Notes: a model not told the origin generated them from the sequence alone. Positions 31,399 through 42,085 are shown, numbered from the whole stretch's first letter. The stretch is DNA of 62,085 bases, filler included, from Sanchytrium tribonematis (GCA_018985235.1; 8 parts of 8 records of this genome joined end to end with filler, not necessarily neighbours in it), one strand, 5' to 3'. Program-made: numbers and translations.

Positions 31399-32442
31399 CT
31401 TATGGAGAGTATGCAAATCAATATTGATTTGGCAAATAAGGAAATCAAATATGCTGATTTCAGTTACAAGTATGGAACACCAACTCATCTGATTTCCTCT
31501 CTAGAAATGGACGATAATGATGATAAATTACAGATTTTAAATGTGCAGGAGGACACAAATTTAGAATCCGATTCTGATGGTGAAAATGATTTACCACCAG
31601 AACCAATCATTCCTGCCAGCCCTTGTTTTGATGAGAAACAAAGACAAGCATCCAAGACAATGGTAACAGAGTACCAGAAATTCATTGAAAGGAAACCAAC
31701 ATACATCAAGGATTACATTTTTACAAATGAATTGATTAGGGAAGTCCTAAAGAGAATAGTGAAACCGTATGGGATTCCTATTAAACTTATGAAGAAAGCG
31801 AAGAAGAAGATCAAAAAGATGATAAAAGAAGGAATGTTGAAAGAAGTTAGTGGCGCATCCCACACGGTTCCAGGATTCTTTGCGGTGAAACCCAATGGAG
31901 AATTATGGTTGTTAATGAATACCAAGTATTTAAACCGATTTTTGGCTAGAAGATCAGTCCACATACCCACCATAAATGAAGTATTGTACAGAATTACAAG
32001 ATGTATGATTTTCACAGCAATTGATCTCACAGGAGGGTACAATCAGGTCAGAATTGATGAATCATTTGCCAAATTCGTAAACATTACATTACCATTTGGG
32101 ACATACAGATATTTAAGAATGCCTCAAGGATTGTGCACTTCAGTGGAGGCATTCCAGGAAATAATGCAAAGTCTTTTTGGACATTTAGACTTTGTGTTGA
32201 TTTACTTGGATGATATTTTGATTCTGTCCGAATCTGCTGAACAACATTTAAAGCATTTGAAGACAGTGATGGATATTTTGTTTGCTCACAATGTTCGAAT
32301 CAATTTTAAGAAAAGCCAATTTACAACAAATTCCTTGAAGTACCTTGGATTTATATTGACATCAGAAGGCATTAAAGCCAATCCAGAGAAGATTTCAGTT
32401 CTGATGATGCTACCACCACCAACTTGTGTAAAGAATTAAGAA

Positions 32443-32764
32443 GTATTCCCGAGCGAAGGAGCTAATGTGAAGTCAAAGTAGTCATGTACTATCCTAGGCC
32501 AGCTTTGCGGCTGTTTCAATAAAATACATTTGTTTTGTAACATAGGTAATTTAAATCGAATTGTTGGAAGACAATATCATTTTTTTGGTCTTCCGTTGAT
32601 TGTGACAAATATCGTTTTTGGGATGGCTACTTGTTGGCTACATGTTGGCTTCTTGTTGGCTTTTATGTAAAGCCATTAAAATTTTGATTGGTAGGTGGCT
32701 CTAATTTGTAATATTTTATTGGTGAAAAAAAGCCACGTTGTCCCGGCGATTTTTATAATAGGAA
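32443..32764. mobile_element. 319-bp non-coding insertion inside pol (junction slides by a few nt)
   Basis: Splits the conserved KELR(S/R)ILGSINFF motif; internal 11-bp tandem repeats. Confidence 0.75.
32624..32664. repeat. About 4 copies of an 11-bp unit (TGGCTACTTGT-like)
   Basis: tggctacttgt tggctacatgt tggcttcttgt tggctttt. Confidence 0.85.
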
Positions 32765-34503
32765 TATTGGGCAGTATCAATTTTTTTCAACGTTTAATTC
32801 CAAATTGTGCTTCATTACTAGCACCACTGTCCGCATTAACAAAAAAAGGAATCCAATTTGATTGGAAGGAAGAACATGAAAAGTGTTTAACTGTTGTTAA
32901 GAATATTTTGATTAATAAAACACTGTTGTATTACCCAGATTTTGAATTTCCGTTTTACATTTATTGTGATGCCTATGAAAATGGCATAGGCGCCGTCATT
33001 GTGCAATACAAATATCCAGATGGACCATGTCCAATTTATTTTTATAGTAGGAAGTTTTCAGCAACACAAGTTAGATACACAGTAGTCCACAAGGAAGCAT
33101 TAGCCATGATTTCAGTGTTGCAGCATTTGCGAAAACTGTTGTTTGGATGTGAATTATTTATATTTACTTACTCACTTAACTTGTCGTACTTGGAGAATTC
33201 TGCAAGTCACAAGTTACAAAGATATTATTTAGAAATTTGTAATTTCCAACCCATTGTTTACCACTTTCCCGGTACTAGCAGTATGGTCGCAGACTATTTA
33301 TCAAGATTGAATTTTGCACAAATTACACCAACTGTGCTTTCTGTTGATTTATTTCCATTGTCCCCAAAAGATATAAAACAATCACAACACAATGATCCAG
33401 AACTTGCACCACTTCTTTTGAGAGATGCAGAGTATCTACGGAAAATCAATTACACTAAGAGATATTGAATGTTCAGAAGTATTGTGCAAGAAAGATAGCT
33501 ACAAAAGGATTATTCCAAAAGTGTTTTAAAACAAGATTCTTGAATGGACCCACAATGAATTCGGCCATCAAAGGATGTACAATACAATTAGTAGTTATGT
33601 GTATTGGAATAGATTACAAGATGATGTAAAGAGTTTTGTGAGATTGTGCCACACTTGCCAAGTGTTTAAAATGAACAAAAAGAAATATGGGAAAATAGAA
33701 TTAGGGGATATTGATAAAAATATCGGCAATTTTCAAGTAGTTGCTTGTGATATCATTGGTCCAATTATCAGTGATGAGGATTTGACAGAAGAAAACATTG
33801 AAGACGCAGATGGAAATGAATACAAGTATATTTTGAGCATTATAGACATTAAAAGTAGACTAGTAGAACTCATCGCGCTTAAAGAGACTACTGGGAAAAC
33901 TGTTGCTAAAATGTTTGATCAGAATTGAATTTTCAAATTCCCTCGCCCGCAGTTTCTCCTCACAGATCAAGGTGCCAACTTTTTAGGGAACCCCATTTGA
34001 AGAATTGTTGGAAAGTTTTGGGATAACCCACATGTAGACCACAAGCTACAATCGCCAATGCAACTCAATTTGTGAAAGAAGTCATGGAGTTGTAAATGAA
34101 CAGTTAAGGACAAAGGGGTTGGCTAATTGGCATCTACATTTACAAGCCATTCGTTGGATTATAAGATCTAGTTACCATTTAAGTATAGGCGCCACGCCAG
34201 GAAATGCAGTGTTCGGAATGGATATGGTTTAACCCTCTTCGCCAATAACTAAGAAATGAAATTGTACAATTTGAATCGAGAAAATGCAAACAGAATTGAT
34301 CACAAGTACAATGTTGGAAATTTGGTTTTATTGAAAAATCCAACTAAAAAGACCAAATTCTCTAAGTCATGGTTGGGACCTTATAAAATTATTGAATTGA
34401 AAAGTCGAAATGTGTTTAAAATTGAAAAGGAAAATGGAGAAGTGGAATCTGTGAATATTCGAAGAATTGCGCCATATTATGAAGATTCCACTGAGGGGCA
34501 GGA

Positions 34504-34673
34504 TGTCATGGATGGCATTAACGACGACGATAATATCGTTAATTACGTCGACACAATTGATTGGAATGATACAATTGTTTATTGGAGAGATGGTGTCACG
34601 CAGTTACTTGGACCATCTATTTAAGGAGACTCGATATTAATAAATACCTTGCCTTTAGCTCATTCTTGTCACA
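34504..34673 (+). repeat. Putative 3' LTR (170 bp)
   Basis: Starts TGT directly after purine tract GAGGGGCAGGA; contains TATTTAA and AATAAA; ends ACA; 5' copy not in the contig. Confidence 0.65.
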
Positions 34674-35035
34674 AGGCCTCGTATTTTCTGACTCTGTGAA
34701 AAAATAGAAGAAACTTTTCTAAACGGATCCCTGATTAACAAATCATTTGTTTTTCCCATTTAAAGATTTTAGAATGGTGATTATACTCTGTTGCTCCATC
34801 CACCAGCTGCGATAGTTTGAAATGTCTCCCTTCTATCTTCATTTCTTTTTCTTGAAAAAGATGCGGTTTGGACACCTAACTGGTAGACCTTGAATATGAA
34901 TTTATTCCAGACACATTGCCATGTCCGAATTGACTGAAAGAAAAAGAGCAGATATCCAACGCGTCATGAGATATATTCTAAAAGACTTTCATGGATTTTA
35001 CAATTAAAATTGAATAAATATTGAACAATTGAAAT

Positions 35036-35280
35036 TTACTGTTTTGATTCTTTCGGTTTCTTATCTTTTGGTTTAGCTACATTATTATTGATTTACATTT
35101 ATCAAGTTTTAATTTTTCAAGTTCTTTTAACACTCTTTCCAAATCTGTTGACACTCTTTCTAAATTTGATTTTAATCGTTCGTTTTCAGCTGCAAGATCA
35201 GGTTGTACAGGTAACATTGGTACTTGATCTACAACCGATGGTGCATCCACAAAACGCTGAGGGTAACTTCCACGACCCAT
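35036..35280 (-). CDS. Small coiled-coil protein with Lys-rich tail; 2 exons (intron 35077-35096)
   Basis: LAAENERLKSNLE heptads; splicing gives ..DKSKPKDKKPKESKQ*. Confidence 0.55.
35077..35096 (-). other. 20-nt putative intron GTAAATCAATAATAATGTAG
   Basis: Matches the THAYNTAG consensus; no homology support. Confidence 0.6.
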
Positions 35281-35479
35281 GATCTTAGAGTGTTTAAAAT
35301 CATTTAATGCATATTAGGTGAACACAACAAGAATAGATTAGGGTGTTTCAGATTTGCAAATCCAAATCCCTGATCTTTTTTGCACAACAAAGCAAAAATT
35401 GGGTCATTCATTGATTTGCAAATCTTTCAGAATTGCAAATCCGACCAAAGATTTGGAATTGCAAATCCAAGGATCAAAC

Positions 35480-36324
35480 ATGGGACAGAAATCAAAAGCG
35501 TTTTTAAACAAGGCACCAGCGTGGTTAAAATCTAACACCAATATTTTGTTAGAGGCAATGACTGTATTAAAGTTTAATAAAGATTATGCAAACTATAATG
35601 ATATTAACTTTGACGAACCATTAATGATAAGCGAAAAGACGTTTGGAAAAGTGCGTGACGTTATAATGGAACGGGTATTAGCAACGGAAGAAAATTGGCC
35701 ATATACGGTTGATCATATGAAATCCAAATGGACAGCAATTCGAAAGGTATACAATAAAGGTATTCGTGCTCAAGAAAAGACAGGAAATGGTACTTACCTC
35801 CCAGACAAAGCAGAACGAGAAGCATTAAAATTTGTTCATGAGTATACGGCAGTTAAGGCAGTTATTTCCAGATATAAACCAAGTGTAAAACCTCCCGGAA
35901 TGATTGATTCAGCCGATTTTGAACCAAAAACAAATAAAGATGAGCTGCCAATTAGACCAGCTGGATCAGATCGTGTTGGTCGCAAAAAGCGTAAAGTGGC
36001 TCATGAAGATAAAAAAAATGTTTGTAAAAACCTTTTGAATGAGATTGCAACTGCTAATCGTTTAGACAACAAAAAATGAGAGTGAAATTATTTATGGATA
36101 TGCGAAGAGAAAATGAGGGATTGTCTGCAACTGATGTCATGGCTCTTGTAAATGAAATTTTGAATTTATCTGCTGAAGCCGAACCTGCTGCTTCTGTGTC
36201 TAGTGCTCCTAGTGTAACTGACCAACAATCATCACAAATGGATATCGTCTCTTCAAGCAACAGTGCACCATTGATTGAAAGTTTTGAATCATTAGATCAG
36301 ACTTTGCAAAGTAATTTTGAATAA
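35480..36324 (+). pseudogene. Harbinger Myb/SANT-like DNA-binding protein, frameshifted at an A-run near 36071-36076
   Basis: YTVDHMKSKWTAIRKVY..TGNG; frame switch DNKK*/MRVKLF. Confidence 0.7.
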
Positions 36325-36337
36325 ATCATTTACTTAA

Positions 36338-36448
36338 TCACAATTCACGTTTATACAAGTTAAATAGAATACAACATACAACCACTAGTACTGGAACGCG
36401 ACTAATATGACAATCCAGTCGCTTCATGAGTATTCGCCATTGTTGCTT
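36338..36448 (-). CDS. C-terminus of Harbinger (HARBI1-like) DDE transposase, cut by contig end
   Basis: KQQWRILMKRLDCHISRVPVLVVVCCILFNLYKREL* fits the K.RWRIL...CC.LHN motif. Confidence 0.8.
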   Translation of the reverse strand, partial: KQQWRILMKRLDCHISRVPVLVVVCCILFNLYKREL

Positions 36449-36449
36449 T

Positions 36450-36549
36450 NNNNNNNNNNNNNNNNNNNNNNNNNNNNNNNNNNNNNNNNNNNNTTAATTA
36501 ATTAANNNNNNNNNNNNNNNNNNNNNNNNNNNNNNNNNNNNNNNNNNNN
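36450..36549. other. Artificial contig linker
   Basis: Same spacer. Confidence 0.97.
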
Positions 36550-37311
36550 CCAACAATTCATTCACTGGAAGCATCCCACAATCATTGAGACAGGTGAAAA
36601 CATTGGATATATCTCATAATTACTTGAGTGGCTGCATCAATTTCCAATTCAATGGCTCTTATTTCTATTTCAATGATAATTATTTGAGTGGCAATTTGTC
36701 ATTTCGAGCACCTTCTCAGCTGTATTTACAGAATAACAGAGTGAATGACGTGTTGATTAGCAATGCAACAGGGTTAACAAATTGTAGTTTGGCCAATAAT
36801 CCAATGGCACCTGGAGTGTTTGGTAAAACATTTAAAAATCAATGCAATTTGAATGGGATTTACACGGCTGGTGAAAGCACTTGTAGAATACTGACAATTG
36901 AAGAAGCTAAAAAACACGATTCACTTTTTCAATCTACTATAAATACAAGTTTAGATGTTTCTCAAATTTTGAAAGATAAAAGCATTATCACCCGTATCCT
37001 CAATTAATTTAGGCCCCATTCGCATGTTGACATCTGCTATAGCGTCTCAGGAATCTTCCATACCTCATTTTATTCCCAGAAATGAAACTACATCTCAAAT
37101 TTCAGTTTCAATCATCCCATTTGAATGGAAGCAAGTGGAGACATTTAAACTTGTTATTTCACCCATAATCATATTGAAATTACTTATTGATTCATTGCTA
37201 TTGATGATTGTATTAAAAATAACCCCATTCAAGAAATTATTGCAAAAGAAACAACAAAAAAGTGAAAGATCTAGTCACTATTTAAGTTTTAGCATGAATG
37301 GTAGACTCTAG
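36550..37311 (+). CDS. LRR single-pass membrane protein, copy 1 (5'-partial; intron 36994-37012)
   Basis: Paralog of 37391-39517; spliced IITRPIRM aligns to paralog IITRPIRL; shared tail HYLSFSMN. Confidence 0.88.
36994..37012 (+). other. 19-nt spliceosomal intron GTATCCTCAATTAATTTAG
   Basis: Boundaries confirmed by the intronless tandem paralog. Confidence 0.93.
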
Positions 37312-37390
37312 ATGATCTATGAATCAATAAACATAATGATATCTTGCGCCAACATATGTTCTCAAGTAGGCCAAACAGAATCCGTCAGAA

Positions 37391-39517
37391 ATGTTCCCCA
37401 ATATCAAATCCATTTTCATCATTTATATCATCTTTATCACGCGATTATTAGGTGTTTCTGTAGATTGCCCAGTCATTTTTAATTTTCTACGTGGTTTAAA
37501 TCTCCATCAAACAGATACATATTTATTTCAAAGTATTCCAACAGATTGTTGTAATTTCGTCAATTCGGATGGATTAGCAGTCATCGATATTGAATGTATG
37601 GGTAATGCTGCTAATGAGCACATATTCGCATTACAATTAGATTATGTTAATGTGAATGGGACCATTAAATCACAATATATTCCATCTTCCGTCAATTTTC
37701 TACAAATTACCAATACGCCGATGAACACGACAATCCCAATTGATTTACCAAATACCCTTCAGACCCTCTATCTTTACGCAAACAGTCTACATGGAAATAT
37801 CCCAGATACCCTCCCAAATCAATTAGTCATCAGTGATTTCTCACGGAATCAATTGAGTGGATTACCAAATGCATTTCCAATTGGGAATAATGCGTGGTAT
37901 TTATATCAAAACAGATTTACAAAATTGCCCGTTTTACAAGAAAATTTACAAGTACTTTATATTGCAGATAATTTAATAGTGGATACACTCCCTAATTCAT
38001 ATCCAAGTACCATGATTATGTTGTATATTCAGAATAATGTTATTAGTGGCCCATTTCCTAATTTACCAAATGGCATTCAAAATTTGTATTTAAGCAATAA
38101 TAAACTACAGGGCCCTATTCCGACTACTTTGCCTGCTCAATTGGTGTATTTTGAAGCATATGGGAATCAATTCAGTGGGAATTTACCAATATTACCTGCG
38201 TCACTTCAAACATTAAAATTAGATTCAAATTTATTAACTGGTAATTTGCCACAAACATGGCCAAGTGGATTAAAAACAGTCAGTTTAAGTCGAAATCAAT
38301 TAAATGGAAGTATATCTAGCATTGGAAGTGCTAGTAGCATTACAGATTTGGATTTATCTTGGAATGCGTTTAATGGAAGTTTACCTATTTTTATTTCTAC
38401 TTACTCACGAGTAGATCTGTCTCACAATCAACTATCTGGTGATATTGATTTGGGATATTCTACAATTTATGATTTAAGATTGAGTTTTAACAAATTTGAT
38501 AAATTTCCAAAATCCCTACCAAAATCATTGCCAAAATTAATTAATGCACTTAAACTGGATAATAATGGAATGCAGGGCAATATTGCGTATGATTTGTCAT
38601 CGTCCTTCACCATAATAGACTTGTCAAACAATAATTTGACTGGCAATATTCCAAATGTTTTGGGAAATCCAATTTATTTAAATATTTCCAACAATTCATT
38701 CACTGGAAGCATCCCACAATCATTGAGACAGGTGAAAACATTGGATATATCTCATAATTACTTGAGTGGCTGTATCAATTATTCATTCTCAGGCTCTAAT
38801 TTCTATTTCAATGATAATTATTTAAGTGGCAATTTGTCATTCACAAATCCATCCCTTCTATACTTACAGAATAATAATATTTTAGATGTATTCATTACAG
38901 ATGCTTCGAAAATGGGACAGAATTGCGATTTGGCCAATAATTCAATAGCACCTGGAGTGTTTGGTAAAACATTTCAAAATCAATGCAATTTGAATGGGAT
39001 TTACAAGGGTAGTAGTGATTGTAGAATATTAACACCCAGTGAAATTATTAATTTAAAAAAGATAACATTATCCTCTAGCATTCCAAGTTATCCCCAACTA
39101 CAAACAATGCCATTTTTACAATCCTCTTCCAATATCCAACTACCAAGCACTACTACTTCCAATATAGTTGATTTATTAACACAAGTAGACAAAACTATTA
39201 TTACACGTCCAATTCGCTTAATAACCACTTTAGAATCCTCTTTAGAATCTTCAAGTGATTTTTCAATTAGATTTGAATCAAAAACAACTTTATCAAATAT
39301 CACAACCACTTTTAGTATCCCATATCAACACATTCAATTACAATTATTTAAATTAGAATGGTCGTATTCCAACATTCTCAAATTATTCATCAACACGATT
39401 ATTTTAATAATAGTACTCAAATTGACACCCTTTAAGCAATTATTAAGAAAAAAGACACCTGCCAGTCAACGATCTACGCATTATTTAAGTTTTAGCATGA
39501 ATAGCAGAAGATTTTAA
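37391..39517 (+). CDS. LRR receptor-like protein (signal peptide, LRRs, S/T stalk, TM, short basic tail), copy 2
   Basis: LxxLxLxxNxLxGxIP repeats; TM ILKLFINTIILIIVL. Confidence 0.92.
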   Translation: MFPNIKSIFIIYIIFITRLLGVSVDCPVIFNFLRGLNLHQTDTYLFQSIPTDCCNFVNSDGLAVIDIECMGNAANEHIFALQLDYVNVNGTIKSQYIPSSVNFLQITNTPMNTTIPIDLPNTLQTLYLYANSLHGNIPDTLPNQLVISDFSRNQLSGLPNAFPIGNNAWYLYQNRFTKLPVLQENLQVLYIADNLIVDTLPNSYPSTMIMLYIQNNVISGPFPNLPNGIQNLYLSNNKLQGPIPTTLPAQLVYFEAYGNQFSGNLPILPASLQTLKLDSNLLTGNLPQTWPSGLKTVSLSRNQLNGSISSIGSASSITDLDLSWNAFNGSLPIFISTYSRVDLSHNQLSGDIDLGYSTIYDLRLSFNKFDKFPKSLPKSLPKLINALKLDNNGMQGNIAYDLSSSFTIIDLSNNNLTGNIPNVLGNPIYLNISNNSFTGSIPQSLRQVKTLDISHNYLSGCINYSFSGSNFYFNDNYLSGNLSFTNPSLLYLQNNNILDVFITDASKMGQNCDLANNSIAPGVFGKTFQNQCNLNGIYKGSSDCRILTPSEIINLKKITLSSSIPSYPQLQTMPFLQSSSNIQLPSTTTSNIVDLLTQVDKTIITRPIRLITTLESSLESSSDFSIRFESKTTLSNITTTFSIPYQHIQLQLFKLEWSYSNILKLFINTIILIIVLKLTPFKQLLRKKTPASQRSTHYLSFSMNSRRF

Positions 39518-39525
39518 TAGTTACT

Positions 39526-40779
39526 TTATTTTAAATAAATCTCAATTTCACGATACATGGACTCTGTCTCTTTACAATAAATAATGAAATCCATGTCATG
39601 ACATTGTATTGGCATTCTTATAATCTGAAATTGACGTGGAATTGCAATTTCAGTTAATCCTTCAAATGCAGTATATTTCAACCAAATTCGACCATCATGG
39701 TACTCAAATACAACATCATAGCCACTTATAGCAATGGGATAGGGTCTAGCCACATAATTATTTCTAAATGCATGGCCATAAACACTAAAATCTTCAAAAT
39801 TCCATCCATCTTTGTCTACATCGTTCCAATTGTCATTTAATGTCCATTGAGTGCCACTGATTAAATGAGCATCCATTAAATCATATGTCAATTGCAATTC
39901 AGTAGGAGCACTGTTTGAAGGAGGGGTGCCAAATTCAAGTAAAAACCATGGTTTATTCCATTTTATTGATATTTCATTGGCAAATTGAAAGAATCTCTTT
40001 ACAAATATGGAATGTAATCCCAATGGTTTGTAATAATGAGGGGCATAAACTAATTGATCATAATTAATTTGTTGTAAATTGGTTTGTTTGATTCCTGTTG
40101 TGGTTTGAATGGGATTTGGAGATGTAAACAAGATGCCATTATAAATAGATTTGATTTCATTTGCAAATAATTGATGAAATTGACTGATTTTGACTTCATT
40201 GGCAACTGGTTCATTTAAAATATCAATTCCTAATAAATAATCATGATTTAAATGAGAAATGACAGATTTAGCCATTTTAATGAATTTTAATTGTAAATCG
40301 ACATTATCCATGAATCTATTAAAATTTTGACGCATTAATTGGTGCCATGTCATTTTAAATTGCCAATTCGTACATTTCTCTTTATTATTAGGTGTTTGTG
40401 GGTGTATGGTCATCCAATATGGAAATCCTTCTCCACAGCCATCTAAACTGAATCGACTATACCCATCTTGATGAAAATCGAGAATAATAGAAATATTAGA
40501 TTTGCCTAATAAATTGACAATATTGGTATAATAATCAAGATATTCTTGGTTATATTGATTCTCATTGGGTTCATAAGCTTCCCAAATAAATGGAAATCTG
40601 ACTAGATTAGAATTGGTGATTTTTAATAAATTTAGTAATTTAGGGCCATTAATAAATTTGAAATGAGGTACTTTATCATTTGATGCAATATTGAATCCTC
40701 TGAATAATCTGGTTCTGTTGAATTCATCCTTGATGTACTTGGACTGGACTTGAAATGCGTAAACAAGTGAGAGAATCAT
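39526..40779 (-). CDS. Secreted GH5 glycoside hydrolase, endoglycoceramidase-like
   Basis: RLFRGFN, FIWEAYEP, LDFHQD, GFPYW, acid/base LNEP, APHYY, nucleophile LEFG, RPYP. Confidence 0.88.
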   Translation of the reverse strand: MILSLVYAFQVQSKYIKDEFNRTRLFRGFNIASNDKVPHFKFINGPKLLNLLKITNSNLVRFPFIWEAYEPNENQYNQEYLDYYTNIVNLLGKSNISIILDFHQDGYSRFSLDGCGEGFPYWMTIHPQTPNNKEKCTNWQFKMTWHQLMRQNFNRFMDNVDLQLKFIKMAKSVISHLNHDYLLGIDILNEPVANEVKISQFHQLFANEIKSIYNGILFTSPNPIQTTTGIKQTNLQQINYDQLVYAPHYYKPLGLHSIFVKRFFQFANEISIKWNKPWFLLEFGTPPSNSAPTELQLTYDLMDAHLISGTQWTLNDNWNDVDKDGWNFEDFSVYGHAFRNNYVARPYPIAISGYDVVFEYHDGRIWLKYTAFEGLTEIAIPRQFQIIRMPIQCHDMDFIIYCKETESMYREIEIYLK

Positions 40780-40816
40780 TTGCAACACGGAGATGGATTT
40801 TAGAGAAATTTAACAT

Positions 40817-41392
40817 TTATTGAAAGTAATGAGTATCTTCATCTGTCACTTGATGCTGCTTTTGTTTAGTAAAGACAAGCTTGACATTAGTTCGTAATAA
40901 TTCATTGTTTAAAGGTCTGCCACGTTCAACAATCGTTTTCATTATTTGTCTTCCATACAGAAAATGAATAGTAAATTCTGAAACTGGTAATCTAGCCATA
41001 TCTACTCGAATTGAATTCAACGCCGTATCTAATGAAGATCGTATATTAAATTGCAACATATTTTGATCATCACGAAACTCAGTTGATTTAAAATACCATG
41101 GTCTATCTTGCTCAACAATTGAAAAGGAACTTACTTTTATGGGGGATGTGGCCATGTACAAGATCAATTTATCATTCAAGAATTGGATGACGTATTTCCT
41201 TTCAGTACCCTTGCCAGATAAAACGCTAATGAACAATTGATTATCATTTGGCACGGCTTTATTAATGATCTGAGAGATAAATGCTTCTTCCGGATTCATT
41301 GTAACTGGTCGAGAGGATGGTGGGAGTAAAGGCTGCTTTAGACCTTGATCTTTAATTTTTGGAATTGCAAAGAGCATCAACCAGTAGAACAT
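40817..41392 (-). CDS. Hypothetical protein with short hydrophobic N-terminus (candidate secreted)
   Basis: MFYWLMLFAIP start; stop in AATAAA. Confidence 0.65.
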   Translation of the reverse strand: MFYWLMLFAIPKIKDQGLKQPLLPPSSRPVTMNPEEAFISQIINKAVPNDNQLFISVLSGKGTERKYVIQFLNDKLILYMATSPIKVSSFSIVEQDRPWYFKSTEFRDDQNMLQFNIRSSLDTALNSIRVDMARLPVSEFTIHFLYGRQIMKTIVERGRPLNNELLRTNVKLVFTKQKQHQVTDEDTHYFQ

Positions 41393-41594
41393 GTTTGACC
41401 CTCAAATTAGCAGTGTCCCAGTTTATTTTTTGATGTAATATTCGCAATGATTTACCTATCAATTCTTTATCTACCCCTATGTGATGAAAATGCAACAGTC
41501 AGCCCCCTTTCAAACATGTTGACTAAATATTTATTTTTATTTGATAGTCTCATTAGCAGACTCTGTCACAACAGATTGTCGCTTCTTTTTAGAT

Positions 41595-41694
41595 NNNNNN
41601 NNNNNNNNNNNNNNNNNNNNNNNNNNNNNNNNNNNNNNTTAATTAATTAANNNNNNNNNNNNNNNNNNNNNNNNNNNNNNNNNNNNNNNNNNNN
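41595..41694. other. Artificial contig linker
   Basis: Same spacer. Confidence 0.97.
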
Positions 41695-41835
41695 TATATA
41701 GTCCAATTGACATTGTGGATCCATATGCCCACATGATTCTGATATATTTGCCATTAAACAGGTATTGTAATTTGACATGGAATCTCTTTTGAATTTGGGA
41801 ACAGGTGCTGCTACTATGGGTGTCACATGGATCAT
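41695..41835 (-). CDS. Possible small Cys-containing protein, 3'-partial
   Basis: MIHVTPIVAAPVPKFKR..C..C..C, cut by contig end. Confidence 0.4.
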
Positions 41836-42085
41836 TTACGAATTGAGATACGGCTTATTTTTAAGTATCCACGTTGACCATTCTCATTTCAATATCCAAT
41901 CAAGAATTGAAAAACAGCCTGTGTCATTTAAAATACAGAATCATGCGCTGAATCGTTTACCAATTGCAAAACTGATTGAATAAATGTTATTGGAATGAGT
42001 AGATGTTGTCACGAAATGATTCTAATATTTAATTGGGAACCATTTACAACAGACTTGGGATTCGATATAACAATTTATTGCTTTT

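Larger units (their letters stand above)
31399..34673 (+). mobile_element. Decayed Ty3/Gypsy LTR retrotransposon (RT-RNaseH-integrase, PPT, 3' LTR), 5'-truncated
   Basis: RT (IDLTGGYNQ, MPQGL, YLDDIL), RNaseH (YCDA, YFYSRK, ADYLSR), integrase (CHTCQ, CDIIGP, WLGPYKI); several stops and frameshifts. Confidence 0.93.
35341..36449. mobile_element. PIF/Harbinger DNA transposon, one end plus Myb/SANT gene and transposase tail
   Basis: TTA then GGGTGTTTC terminus; subterminal TTGCAAATC repeats; two convergent genes typical of Harbinger. Confidence 0.8.

Noticed and set aside
32624..32664. CRISPR-like array or prokaryotic defence system
   Set aside because: Only 11-bp tandem units with no spacers; the window is eukaryotic and has no cas-like ORFs.
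32443..32761. The 319-nt insertion as a genuine long intron or introner
   Set aside because: GT..AG ends are possible, but it lacks the THAYNTAG consensus and the host pol is otherwise decayed; kept only as an insertion.
36076..36079. ATGA stop-start overlap suggesting translational coupling
   Set aside because: Follows an A6 run in a transposon gene; a single-base indel is simpler.
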